In this document: positions 41,487-54,101 of the stretch, piece by piece
How positions within the stretch are numbered: position 1 is the stretch's first letter
Layout: every line of letters begins with the position of its first letter
From: Eledone cirrhosa
Taxonomy: Eukaryota
Assembly: GCA_964016885.1 (NCBI GenBank)
Contig: OZ024743.1
Coordinates: 361,088,001-361,152,000 of the forward strand
Direction of reading: 5' to 3'
DNA: 64,000 nt
The notes under the pieces: generated by a model
What the model was told of the DNA's origin: nothing
Database searches by the model: none
What the model saw: only the letters and a program-made list of their open reading frames with translations
Position numbers and translations under genes: made by a program

Positions 41487-42379
41487 CGGATAACGATAAA
41501 AATGGATTTTGAAAATCACAGCTGGCATATAGCTAAAGAAGTTAGCTATATGCCAGTTTCTCCGTTTTGGTTTATGAAAACATTTTTTTCTTCGGCTAAA
41601 TACTTTTTCCTCGTTAAAACTCCTGAATGGTGATTCCTGACCTCATTGGTTTGGGTCACTTCTGTCTTTGCTAAAGTAAGGATACACCTGATATTTAACT
41701 TATGCGTTGTAAAATTATAATTTGCGATAAGGGAGATAACTATACTTTCGTTAGTGTTGAGAAAGTATGTTGCAAGTCAGTTCAATCCTGATTTGCATTT
41801 TCTGATAAAGATGTTCTCTTTATTAATTCGACATTGTTTTGTGATTTCATAACTACGTTGGTACAATGGAAGTAGTATACAGCAGAAACCATCCTATTTT
41901 GAAGAACGCAGAAAGATCGACAACACAATAATCAATACTGATACGACTCACACAACACAATCTCAATATTCGACTTATCAAAGAAAACCCCAATATAGAG
42001 GAGATGTAATGAGGACTTTTGAAGAAAGGGTAATCAGAAGATTTCCAAGACGCCCTTCATTATTTCAACACATAAATAGACCAACAAGGAGTAATAACAT
42101 CCAACACACCTGGATGTACCTTAACAATCCGGAATAATCTCTGGGAAGATGCATATAAAAACAGAACAATAACAAGAAATCCAAACTTCAGAGAAAAATA
42201 GACCCAACACAAGGAAGTACAGAAGCCAACACACAACACATAAGTTTATGGAACATAATAACGGATACAATAAGGAAATACACAACAATTGCAAATATGA
42301 CTACATACAAAATACTAACACGAGAAATAATATAGAAAAAAAAGCTTACCCTAATGACAATTTTTTTAGAGATGACCTA

Positions 42380-44490
42380 GTGGTACAGGGACAGCAGAAG
42401 GTCCAAAGTCAAGATAATCAATTTCTCCAAAAAATCCCTAACACTGACACAAATTGATATCCTAAACAGAGGTTTCAAATTTACACCACCACCTCAAACA
42501 CCAAATGTAGCAGAAATTAAATATATTTCGGAATTCTCTAAAAGACTCAGATTAGCGGAATAGTTTTTGAAGAAAATAGTGACAAATCACTAGTAAAAAA
42601 GAAAACAAAAAAAATCCCCAATAGATATCCTGAAAATGCCATAAAGTACAAGTTCAGCAGACACCAATAGAGGCAACAAAATGACCTGAAACCGGATAAA
42701 AATATTGATATAAAAGAAATTGACAAGAAAGACGCAGTTGTCATTATGGTCACAACCCACACAAACGTTATACAAAATATGCTACGAGACAATACATACT
42801 ATGAAGAATCCAAAGAATACAAAAGTCATAAGGTAATGAAACAACTCACTGATTTACTAGACCCATACCGAACCTGTCTAACAGAAAATCAATTTGACTA
42901 TCTCATAAATGTTAGAGGTAAATCAAGTAATCTATATGGACTGCCTCAGGTGTATGAACACAAATTCTTTAATTATAATATGTTGAAAACAATCTGTGTA
43001 CATATACTCACACCAATCGAGGTAAATGTAAGACACATCATAGCAGGCCCAATTTGTGAAGACTCATCACTTAAGCAATTTCCTTGACATCTATTAAAAT
43101 CTCTCATCAAACACATCTGTAATTTCATACAAGATGACCTAAATTTTCTCAACCATCTACCAAATATATTAAACCAAAATATTTACATGGATTCACTTAA
43201 TGTAACATCCCTCACGATTAATGCTATCCAATACGAACTAAACGCATTCCCCGGTGAACTACCAGACCTTATTAACAAAAGATTCCTGATATAAAGTCTT
43301 GAATTCATCCTAAAGAACGATTACATTTGATTCTAGTGACAAATCAAGAACAGATAAGTAGTGGCAACATATGTCATCTTAATCATGGGATAACATCAAC
43401 TTAATAACTACGAAAATGCTTCACAAATTTATGGAAGTGCCTTCGGGTGCTATATCAAAGGAAAAACTGGAAAAGATACCTGGATCACTGTTGCATTTTG
43501 TGGAGGAAAACTCCTGATGAACTAAGGAATTTCCATGCCCTCATTACTGATATAAACTCAAAAATCCAAATTCACTATGGAATTTATCATCGAAAAGCTC
43601 CCTTTCTTAGACATACAAATAAGAAAAAGAAACTGAAAACAGGAAACTAACATATTTTTCACATCTGCTCATCCAGATCGTACACGCGTCAATATTCCAC
43701 TTAACCTAGCAAAGCGAATCTGCTCAATGGTTTCAAACACAGCAAGGGCCCAAAGAATGAGAGATATACTCATCAAGAGAAAATACCCCTAAATCTAATC
43801 AATGATAGTATTAAAAAATCAATATATATATATCCATTACCTCCGAGAAACGAAACCAAGAAAAGAAAAAAATGAGTCACACCATACATTTCAGGCTTCA
43901 ATCCCAAATACACATAAATCTATAACACATACAACTAAACCTACATATACTACAAAGAGACAAATAAAATGAAAAAAAAAACCCTTACAACAATATCCTA
44001 TTATTAATAGTAAACGACAGACGAAGTCATGAAAAATACAACATACTGAACAGGCAAACCATAATTACAGAACCTCAAGTGATAAGATGCAACCGACCCC
44101 ATTGCGGAATGTGCAACTACCTATTGGAGCGTAATGGATTTCACTTCAATAATGGACCCTTAAAAGTAACTTTTCGTGCAACATCGAAGACTTTCTGGTT
44201 TCATCTGCCATGGGTACATCGAACATTATGTAGGACACTCCGGCAAAGTATGAGAGTCAATAGGCAGGAAATCAGAACACCGAATACTAGAAAGATCCCT
44301 CGAAACAAACATATAAATGAATGCGGAGGCAAAACGCAGCCAGTTTTCCATGTTTTCACAATACATTTACTAAGTTATGAAATCACAGAACAAGGTCGAA
44401 TTAATAAAGGGAAAATCCTTGTCGGAAAATTTAAATCGAGATTGCACTCACTTGCAACACAACCTTTCGACACTAAAGGAAAGTAGAGTT
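42380..44490 (+). mobile_element. Heavily degenerate Penelope-like element (second family)
   Basis: DILNRGFKFTPPP, DKKDAVVIM, LYGLPQV (cf. LYGLPKIHK), RHIIAGP, WKRYLDHC (cf. RYIDD), PFLD, NIPLNLAKRIC, CNRPHCGMC, TLRQSMRVNRQEIR. Confidence 0.75.
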
Positions 44491-45137
44491 ACAACCGACA
44501 GCGAAAAATAAAATCAGTTGTATCTCTTACTTTATAAATATATAGCTTCTACGGGGGTCGTGATGGAAGCCATCTTCAATGGATACGCGTGCGTAGTTCA
44601 ACAACAACATTATTATCTCTGTATCAAGGACAGGATGACAGGTTTGTTGGCTGCTAGTTCTAACGTCATGACGAACCTGTTATTTTGTCCTTGATATACA
44701 AATATTCAATTTATGTGGTCAAATTACGCACGTGTATGCTTCGTTTCACCATACAGCTTCGATAAAGATAGGGTCTGTATCACCATGTTCGTTATACTAA
44801 CTGATGAATGATATATTCTACTTCCAAAGATTCCCTCAATTGACGGAATTTTCTTCTAATTCTGGTTGTCTTAATGTACAAAAACAATAAATGTTAGGTC
44901 TTAATTCCAGAAAAAGCATAGAGAAATGTTGCGAACAAAATGATCTTGTATTCCCCTTAACGAAAACTATGTATATATGCGTCAATGATCTAGATATATT
45001 TAGCTATCTTATTCATTGAGTTTGTATATTATAGACAAAAACGCTTCTTCTCTGTTCAATATATTTGTATATATATATATATATATATATTTATAGTGAG
45101 AGAGAGAGAAGGAGAGGGAGAGAGAGAGAAGGAGAGT

Positions 45138-45171
<34 letters not shown>

Positions 45172-45535
45172 GAGAGAGTTATTAGCGGGCCCGCTACAAT
45201 TATTCAAAATTTCTTCTGATAGCTTCGTTTACAAACATATATTAAGCTGTTTATGCTTAATTCACTGGCTGGGAGCTTATGGATAAGAATTTCAATATTT
45301 GAAATTTCCGCTACACACACACACACACACACATACACACACACACATGCACATTCAAACAAAGAAAATAAGTGTAAGCACAGTCGTTTAATATAACTAA
45401 TAGCTTAGAGAGTCTTAGAGGATTGACTGTACTCACGAACCGTTATGTAGAATCGAAATTCATGTTCACACACATATGTATCTCTCTCTCTCTCTTTCTT
45501 TATCTCTCCCTCTCTTTCTCTCTCTCACACTCTCT

Positions 45536-45588
<53 letters not shown>

Positions 45589-45960
45589 CATATATATATA
45601 TGTATAATTATATAGACCTATGTATGAGTAAAGCACCAAAGAGGAACGCTATATTTAAATGTTTTTATACTTTATTTTAAGGCATATTATGTATTTTCAG
45701 CACGAGTTGGCCGACAGCTCAATATACAAATGAAGCTAATCAGCCCAGATACACAGGCATTAAAATTATGTTTTCACTTATATGGAATTTCAGCTTAGAT
45801 CATGGTGAGGGACAGTTGTTTTGATAAAGAAGAGAGTCAGAAACGGTGACCGTCGACAGACTACTCATCTCTGTTTCTGCTGTAATCCGCCTGATGGCTC
45901 TAATCATCAACTTTCAGATGATCATTTGTAAACATACCGCATCTCGCTAGATATACAGAT

Positions 45961-46014
<54 letters not shown>

Positions 46015-46015
46015 T

Positions 46016-46110
<95 letters not shown>

Positions 46111-46131
46111 ATATATATATGTGTATATATA

Positions 46132-46835
46132 TATGATGGTTGGAAGATCACTGATGAAGGACAAACTTTTTTCATATGTAACCCATTTGCAACTCCGCAG
46201 CGCCCTTATTATTATTATATTTACACATATTTTTTCCTCTGCTGCTCCACGTCTTTTTCGTTCTATGTATCTTTACCCTTTCTAGCAGTCTCTCTCTCTC
46301 TCTGTTAGCCTCTTCCTCACCCTTCACTCACTCATTCTCTGTCACTACCTCTCCTCCTCCTCTTTCTTCCCGTTTGACCTGTGTGTAATTCTTTTCTCTC
46401 GCACGCTCGGCCAAGCTGGTCGGAATTTTTTCTCTCTCTCGTCTACGATTTCACAGAACTTGTGTTTACCGAATTCGCAGACCAGACCCCTTTTTCCTCC
46501 CGTTAGACCTGTGCGAAATTCCTTCCTTGCTCACATTTCAACCAGGTTTGATGGTCTTTATTCTCTCGTTCACGATTTCACCGAATTTAAATTCATAGAA
46601 ATTTGGGACTTGTCTCCTTCTTCCTCACTTTCTGTTGCTTCACCATTTTGTTGGTTTACCCTCGCGTCCCCTTTATTTACGTGTCCCAACGACTTTTTTT
46701 AGCCGTTGCTCGCACCAACCGGAGGTATATGGTCTTTAAAGCGCTGAAATGCCTATGATGGTTGGAAGATCACTGATGAAGGACAAAATTTTTTCATATG
46801 CAACCCATTTGCAACTCCGCAGCGCCCTTATTATC
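46132..46835 (+). repeat. Partial tandem (622-bp period, ~80-bp terminal direct repeat) with a decayed HHR half-core, between (TA)n tracts
   Basis: TATGATGGTTGGAAGATCACTGATGAAGGACAAA...GCAGCGCCCTTATTAT at ~46132 and ~46754. Confidence 0.75.
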
Positions 46836-46873
<38 letters not shown>

Positions 46874-46897
46874 ATATATATATACACATATATATAT

Positions 46898-46970
<73 letters not shown>

Positions 46971-46987
46971 AATACGTATATATATAC

Positions 46988-47039
<52 letters not shown>

Positions 47040-47161
47040 AATATAGACATAGAATATTCGAAAATATTCTGTATGTTTATAATAAACATTTTGAAGACCT
47101 AATCGCTATAGAATAGAATACGTCACGTATTACAATTAGATTCTCGATAAAAGCAAGGGAA

Positions 47162-47204
47162 GTAATCTACGCGTTTCATTCTTGTTAGAATTCATCAGGA
47201 CTAC
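47162..47204 (-). ncRNA. Minimal type I hammerhead ribozyme (first of 9 minus-strand copies, every 310 bp to 49642-49684)
   Basis: Reverse complement reads GTAGTC-CTGATGA-ATTCT-AACA-AGAAT-GAAAC-GC-GTA-GATTAC. Confidence 0.9.
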
Positions 47205-49865
47205 ATATCCAGTGCTTTTATCGAGAATGACACAGCTAGAGACTTATAGAATACTTAGCTGTGTACAGGAACTGGTTTGAAAGAGCGGTTGCCGGTCCGG
47301 CAGAAATTAGAAATTGGAATAAATGCTCTGAAATAGCGATATATATGTGAATATAGACATAGAATATTCGAAAATATTCTGTATGTTTATAATAAACATT
47401 TTGAAGACCTAATCGCTATAGAATAGAATACGTCACGTATTACAATTAGATTCTCGATAAAAGCAAGGGAAGTAATCTACGCGTTTCATTCTTGTTAGAA
47501 TTCATCAGGACTACATATCCAGTGCTTTTATCGAGAATGACACAGCTAGAGACTTATAGAATACTTAGCTGTGTACAGGAACTGGTTTGAAAGAGCGGTT
47601 GCCGGTCCGGCAGAAATTAGAAATTGGAATAAATGCTCTGAAATAGCGATATATATGTGAATATAGACATAGAATATTCGAAAATATTCTGTATGTTTAT
47701 AATAAACATTTTGAAGACCTAATCGCTATAGAATAGAATACGTCACGTATTACAATTAGATTCTCGATAAAAGCAAGGGAAGTAATCTACGCGTTTCATT
47801 CTTGTTAGAATTCATCAGGACTACATATCCAGTGCTTTTATCGAGAATGACACAGCTAGAGACTTATAGAATACTTAGCTGTGTACAGGAACTGGTTTGA
47901 AAGAGCGGTTGCCGGTCCGGCAGAAATTAGAAATTGGAATAAATGCTCTGAAATAGCGATATATATGTGAATATAGACATAGAATATTCGAAAATATTCT
48001 GTATGTTTATAATAAACATTTTGAAGACCTAATCGCTATAGAATAGAATACGTCACGTATTACAATTAGATTCTCGATAAAAGCAAGGGAAGTAATCTAC
48101 GCGTTTCATTCTTGTTAGAATTCATCAGGACTACATATCCAGTGCTTTTATCGAGAATGACACAGCTAGAGACTTATAGAATACTTAGCTGTGTACAGGA
48201 ACTGGTTTGAAAGAGCGGTTGCCGGTCCGGCAGAAATTAGAAATTGGAATAAATGCTCTGAAATAGCGATATATATGTGAATATAGACATAGACTATTCG
48301 AAAATATTCTGTATGTTTATAATAAACATTTTGAAGACCTAATCGCTATAGAATAGAATACGTCACGTATTACAATTAGATTCTCGATAAAAGCAAGGGA
48401 AGTAATCTACGCGTTTCATTCTTGTTAGAATTCATCAGGACTACATATCCAGTGCTTTTATCGAGAATGACACAGCTAGAGACTTATAGAATACTTAGCT
48501 GTGTACAGGAACTGGTTTGAAAGAGCGGTTGCCGGTCCGGCAGAAATTAGAAATTGGAATAAATGCTCTGAAATAGCGATATATATGTGAATATAGACAT
48601 AGAATATTCGAAAATATTCTGTATGTTTATAATAAACATTTTGAAGACCTAATCGCTATAGAATAGAATACGTCACGTATTACAATTAGATTCTCGATAA
48701 AAGCAAGGGAAGTAATCTACGCGTTTCATTCTTGTTAGAATTCATCAGGACTACATATCCAGTGCTTTTATCGAGAATGACACAGCTAGAGACTTATAGA
48801 ATACTTAGCTGTGTACAGGAACTGGTTTGAAAGAGCGGTTGCCGGTCCGGCAGAAATTAGAAATTGGAATAAATGCTCTGAAATAGCGATATATATGTGA
48901 ATATAGACATAGAATATTCGAAAATATTCTGTATGTTTATAATAAACATTTTGAAGACCTAATCGCTATAGAATAGAATACGTCACGTATTACAATTAGA
49001 TTCTCGATAAAAGCAAGGGAAGTAATCTACGCGTTTCATTCTTGTTAGAATTCATCAGGACTACATATCCAGTGCTTTTATCGAGAATGACACAGCTAGA
49101 GACTTATAGAATACTTAGCTGTGTACAGGAACTGGTTTGAAAGAGCGGTTGCCGGTCCGGCAGAAATTAGAAATTGGAATAAATGCTCTGAAATAGCGAT
49201 ATATATGTGAATATAGACATAGAATATTCGAAAATATTCTGTATGTTTATAATAAACATTTTGAAGACCTAATCGCTATAGAATAGAATACGTCACGTAT
49301 TACAATTAGATTCTCGATAAAAGCAAGGGAAGTAATCTACGCGTTTCATTCTTGTTAGAATTCATCAGGACTACATATCCAGTGCTTTTATCGAGAATGA
49401 CACAGCTAGAGACTTATAGAATACTTAGCTGTGTACAGGAACTGGTTTGAAAGAGCGGTTGCCGGTCCGGCAGAAATTAGAAATTGGAATAAATGCTCTG
49501 AAATAGCGATATATATGTGAATATAGACATAGAATATTCGAAAATATTCTGTATGTTTATAATAAACATTTTGAAGACCTAATCGCTATAGAATAGAATA
49601 CGTCACGTATTACAATTAGATTCTCGATAAAAGCAAGGGAAGTAATCTACGCGTTTCATTCTTGTTAGAATTCATCAGGACTACATATCCAGTGCTTTTA
49701 TCGAGAATGACACAGCTAGAGACATATATATCGCTATTTCAGAGCATTTATTCCAATTTCTAATTTCTGCCGGACCGGCAACCGCTCTTTCAAACCAGTT
49801 CCTGTACACAGCTAAGTATTCTATAAGTCACTAGCTGTGTCATTCTCGATAAAAGCACTGGATAT

Positions 49866-49908
49866 GTAGTCCTGATGAATTCTAACAAGAATGAAACGCG
49901 TAGATTAC
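49866..49908 (+). ncRNA. Minimal type I hammerhead ribozyme (first of 5 plus-strand copies: 49866, 50176, 50486, 50796, 51106)
   Basis: Helix I GTAGTC/GATTAC, core CTGATGA 49872-49878, helix II ATTCT/AGAAT, GAAA at 49893, palindromic helix III ACGCGT, predicted cleavage after GUA at 49902. Confidence 0.9.
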
Positions 49909-51301
49909 TTCCCTTGCTTTTATCGAGAATCTAATTGTAATACGTGACGTATTCTATTCTATAGCGATTAGGTCTTCAAAATGTTTATTATAAACATACA
50001 GAATATTTTCGAATATTCTATGTCTATATTCACATATATATCGCTATTTCAGAGCATTTATTCCAATTTCTAATTTCTGCCGGACCGGCAACCGCTCTTT
50101 CAAACCAGTTCCTGTACACAGCTAAGTATTCTATAAGTCTCTAGCTGTGTCATTCTCGATAAAAGCACTGGATATGTAGTCCTGATGAATTCTAACAAGA
50201 ATGAAACGCGTAGATTACTTCCCTTGCTTTTATCGAGAATCTAATTGTAATACGTGACGTATTCTATTCTATAGCGATTAGGTCTTCAAAATGTTTATTA
50301 TAAACATACAGAATATTTTCGAATATTCTATGTCTATATTCACATATATATCGCTATTTCAGAGCATTTATTCCAATTTCTAATTTCTGCCGGACCGGCA
50401 ACCGCTCTTTCAAACCAGTTCCTGTACACAGCTAAGTATTCTATAAGTCTCTAGCTGTGTCATTCTCGATAAAAGCACTGGATATGTAGTCCTGATGAAT
50501 TCTAACAAGAATGAAACGCGTAGATTACTTCCCTTGCTTTTATCGAGAATCTAATTGTAATACGTGACGTATTCTATTCTATAGCGATTAGGTCTTCAAA
50601 ATGTTTATTATAAACATATAGAATATTTTCGAATATTCTATGTCTATATTCACATATATATCGCTATTTCAGAGCATTTATTCCAATTTCTAATTTCTGC
50701 CGGACCGGCAACCGCTCTTTCAAACCAGTTCCTGTACACAGCTAAGTATTCTATAAGTCTCTAGCTGTGTCATTCTCGATAAAAGCACTGGATATGTAGT
50801 CCTGATGAATTCTAACAAGAATGAAACGCGTAGATTACTTCCCTTGCTTTTATCGAGAATCTAATTGTAATACGTGACGTATTCTATTCTATAGCGATTA
50901 GGTCTTCAAAATGTTTATTATAAACATACAGAATATTTTCGAATATTCTATGTCTATATTCACATATATATCGCTATTTCAGAGCATTTATTCCAATTTC
51001 TAATTTCTGCCGGACCGGCAACCGCTCTTTCAAACCAGTTCCTGTACACAGCTAAGTATTCTATAAGTCTCTAGCTGTGTCATTCTCGATAAAAGCACTG
51101 GATATGTAGTCCTGATGAATTCTAACAAGAATGAAACGCGTAGATTACTTCCCTTGCTTTTATCGAGAATCTAATTGTAATACGTGACATATTCTATTCT
51201 ATAGCGATTAGGTCTTCAAAATGTTTATTATAAACATACAGAATATTTTCGAATATTCTATGTCTATATTCACATATATATCGCTATTTCAGAGCATTTA
51301 T

Positions 51302-51352
<51 letters not shown>

Positions 51353-52330
51353 GAGAGAGAGAGAGATGTGTGGGTGAGTTTGTGTGTGTGAGAAGACATT
51401 CTACACCATGTGCTATGAAACGTGTTCATATGCGTTTTCGTGGTCTATGAAACAAGCCTACCCTCCAATGAAATTATGAAATATTGATCGACTACTGCAT
51501 TGTCAATATTTCGATGGTTTGCTCCGTCCGGGGTGAAAATCATTCCTCTGAAAAGCCAGTATGGACTCCCAAAAATACCTCTATTTTCAGAGCAATTTCT
51601 CTTGTTTCATTTCTGAAAACTGGGGTTAGCCCGCTTGGTTGCCTTTTGTTTGGTGCTTTCCATATATCCACGCCACCCATGAAACACGAGCCAGCCAGGT
51701 TATAACCTGTATATTTAAGGTTTTTAGCATATCAAACTGAATTTTTTACTCCCCAAGAGGTTTTTTTTCTTCTTATTTTTAGAGCTTTTATTTCTCTGTT
51801 GACTCCAGATTCTGGGAGCTTAATCTTCGCTCTCGGATACACACATTTAGATCTGTAGAAGTTGTTACCAGATTTAATTGTTTAGAAAATTATTCTCCAC
51901 CCGTCCTGAGGATGCACATGTCTTCACAGAAAGAATCTCTACGCGTTCCTGATAACAGGCGTGGATCTTGACTTGCAACACCTATGCGAATACCTTAATA
52001 TTAGAATTCGAATAAAAGTTGAAATCATTCACTGAGTGCATCAAACTTCGCCAAGAATACGTATTGACACCTCTCCTATATGTAATCATCATGAACAGAA
52101 GGGACTGTGCAGTTGGGCTGGAGTTGGTATAACATTTGGCGGATGTAAGAACAATCTGTTGATATTTTCCGACGACATTGTGCTAGTTAACACCCCGGAA
52201 TATAATATCTGACATGCACTGGATAGATTTGCTCCCGAGTGTTATACTGCAGAAACGAAACTCGGTGGTGTGATGACTTCAACATTCGTCTATACTTACA
52301 ATACTTACACGTACAGGTAGGAATATATAT

Positions 52331-52374
<44 letters not shown>

Positions 52375-53287
52375 ATATGTATATATATATAATGACGTTT
52401 CCGTATACCAAATTCACCAAAAGCAGAAAATATATGCCCGAACGGCAACGCGGTGGGATTGAACATGGAAACAAATAATTGCGATGCATATTTGATAAAC
52501 ACAAATCTATGCCAGCTTTCATACATACATATTTTTCTTTAATTGTGCATATACTATTTGCCTTGTACACATTAGAGCCATATATAGATAGTTAGACTTA
52601 TAGGCAGAGAATCCCACATACACACAGATAGAAATATAGATAGATAGAGATATATGGAAAGAGAAAGCTAGAGAAGGTTCATAAACGTTTCCTACATCTT
52701 AAATACTATGAGTCAATGCTTCCTAGAGTTGTCTGTATATCTGTATGTATTTCAAGTTATATATAATTATGTATCACTTGTATGTCACTGGGATTCTAAC
52801 TCTACGGTTTTTATCTTTACGTAATATATTTATATGATTTCAATCTGTTTTCTTCGACAACCCGATTTCGTAACATTGGCTTCTATATCTAAAGAAGATA
52901 ACCACCGAGTGATTCATATCAAATAGATTATATTTTTGGTGGTGCTGTGAGAAAGAAAATGTCTTTCATTTTCCCATGAATAAATAAGTAAAATATACAA
53001 GTTTATTTGGAAGGCTTATCTTATTTTACGAATTTCATAAACATTTATCGATTGGATAGACATAGGTATTACAGTGTGGTTAAGAACTCCGCTCGCAAGT
53101 ATGTGATTTGGCTTTCAAATTAGTCAATACGTCAATACGTGGCTATAATCAAAGAAGAGAATGCGCAGTCTCGCCTTTAATTATAATCACGTATTGACTA
53201 ATAATTTGTGAGTGAAATTTAATAGACGGAAGCTATGCAGATGCCCGTCGTATATATACATACGACGGGCAACAGCAGGGTAGGTAT

Positions 53288-53346
<59 letters not shown>

Positions 53347-53476
53347 TACGATGGGCCTCCCCAAAACTTCCGTCTATGAAACTGTATGTATGTACATGCT
53401 AATGGCTGGCCCCTCGTTATCGAGTATGGCTAATGGCTATTGCACGATATAACATTATAAATAATATTCAATTAAT

Positions 53477-53650
53477 TGTTTCTACTTTTGGCACAAGGTC
53501 AGAAATTACCCAGTACATTGCTGGTACTTTATTTTATCGACCTCGTAAGGATGAAAGGCAAAGTTAACCTCAGCGGGGATTTGAACTCAGATCGTAAAGG
53601 GACGTAACTGTGCTGGAAAGCATGTCTGACCCTCTACCGATACTGCCAAT
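53477..53650 (-). mobile_element. Family-A SINE with 12-bp TSD, nested in older repeat fragments
   Basis: TATTCAATTAAT at 53465-53476 and 53651-53662 flanks a full SINE copy. Confidence 0.88.
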
Positions 53651-53961
53651 TATTCAATTAATGCCATCGTGCAATGCCTGTGCGTGAAGTGAGGAAAGGC
53701 ACTGAGCCAATCCCACTCTCTGAGCAATAGTTACTATAACCCGAAAAGAAGATAAGATCAACATCATCGTTAACTATTTAGACTCAGGTTTTATGTCGGA
53801 GTTATCCCAGTTTCTTGAGTTGCCTCTCCGAAAAAAATATCCTGTCAAAGGCTAGGGGTCCTTCACTCCCAGTGCTTTATCTACGCGATTGGGTATGCAG
53901 CTCTATTATTTCTATGTCCCCGCGCATAAATATATATATATACATTTGCATACAAGTATAT

Positions 53962-54101
<140 letters not shown>

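Larger units (their letters stand above)
47030..51307. mobile_element. 310-bp hammerhead-containing tandem array (non-LTR retrozyme-like) with an internal strand switch at 49723/49724
   Basis: Unit marker ATATAGACAT at 47041, 47351, ... 49521 (period 310). Reverse-complement units start TCGCTATTTC at 49731, 50041, 50351, 50661, 50971 and 51281. One HHR per unit; flanked by (TA)n. Confidence 0.93.

Noticed and set aside
45833-45902. Type II-like permuted hammerhead (GAAACGGTGACCGTC ... CTGATGGCTCT)
   Set aside because: The CUGANGA box is incomplete and helix I pairs poorly; at most a decayed relic.
47030-51307. CRISPR-like array or plain satellite interpretation of the 310-bp repeats
   Set aside because: There are no unique spacers or cas genes and the context is eukaryotic. 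The per-unit HHR and (TA)n insertion site argue against a simple satellite.
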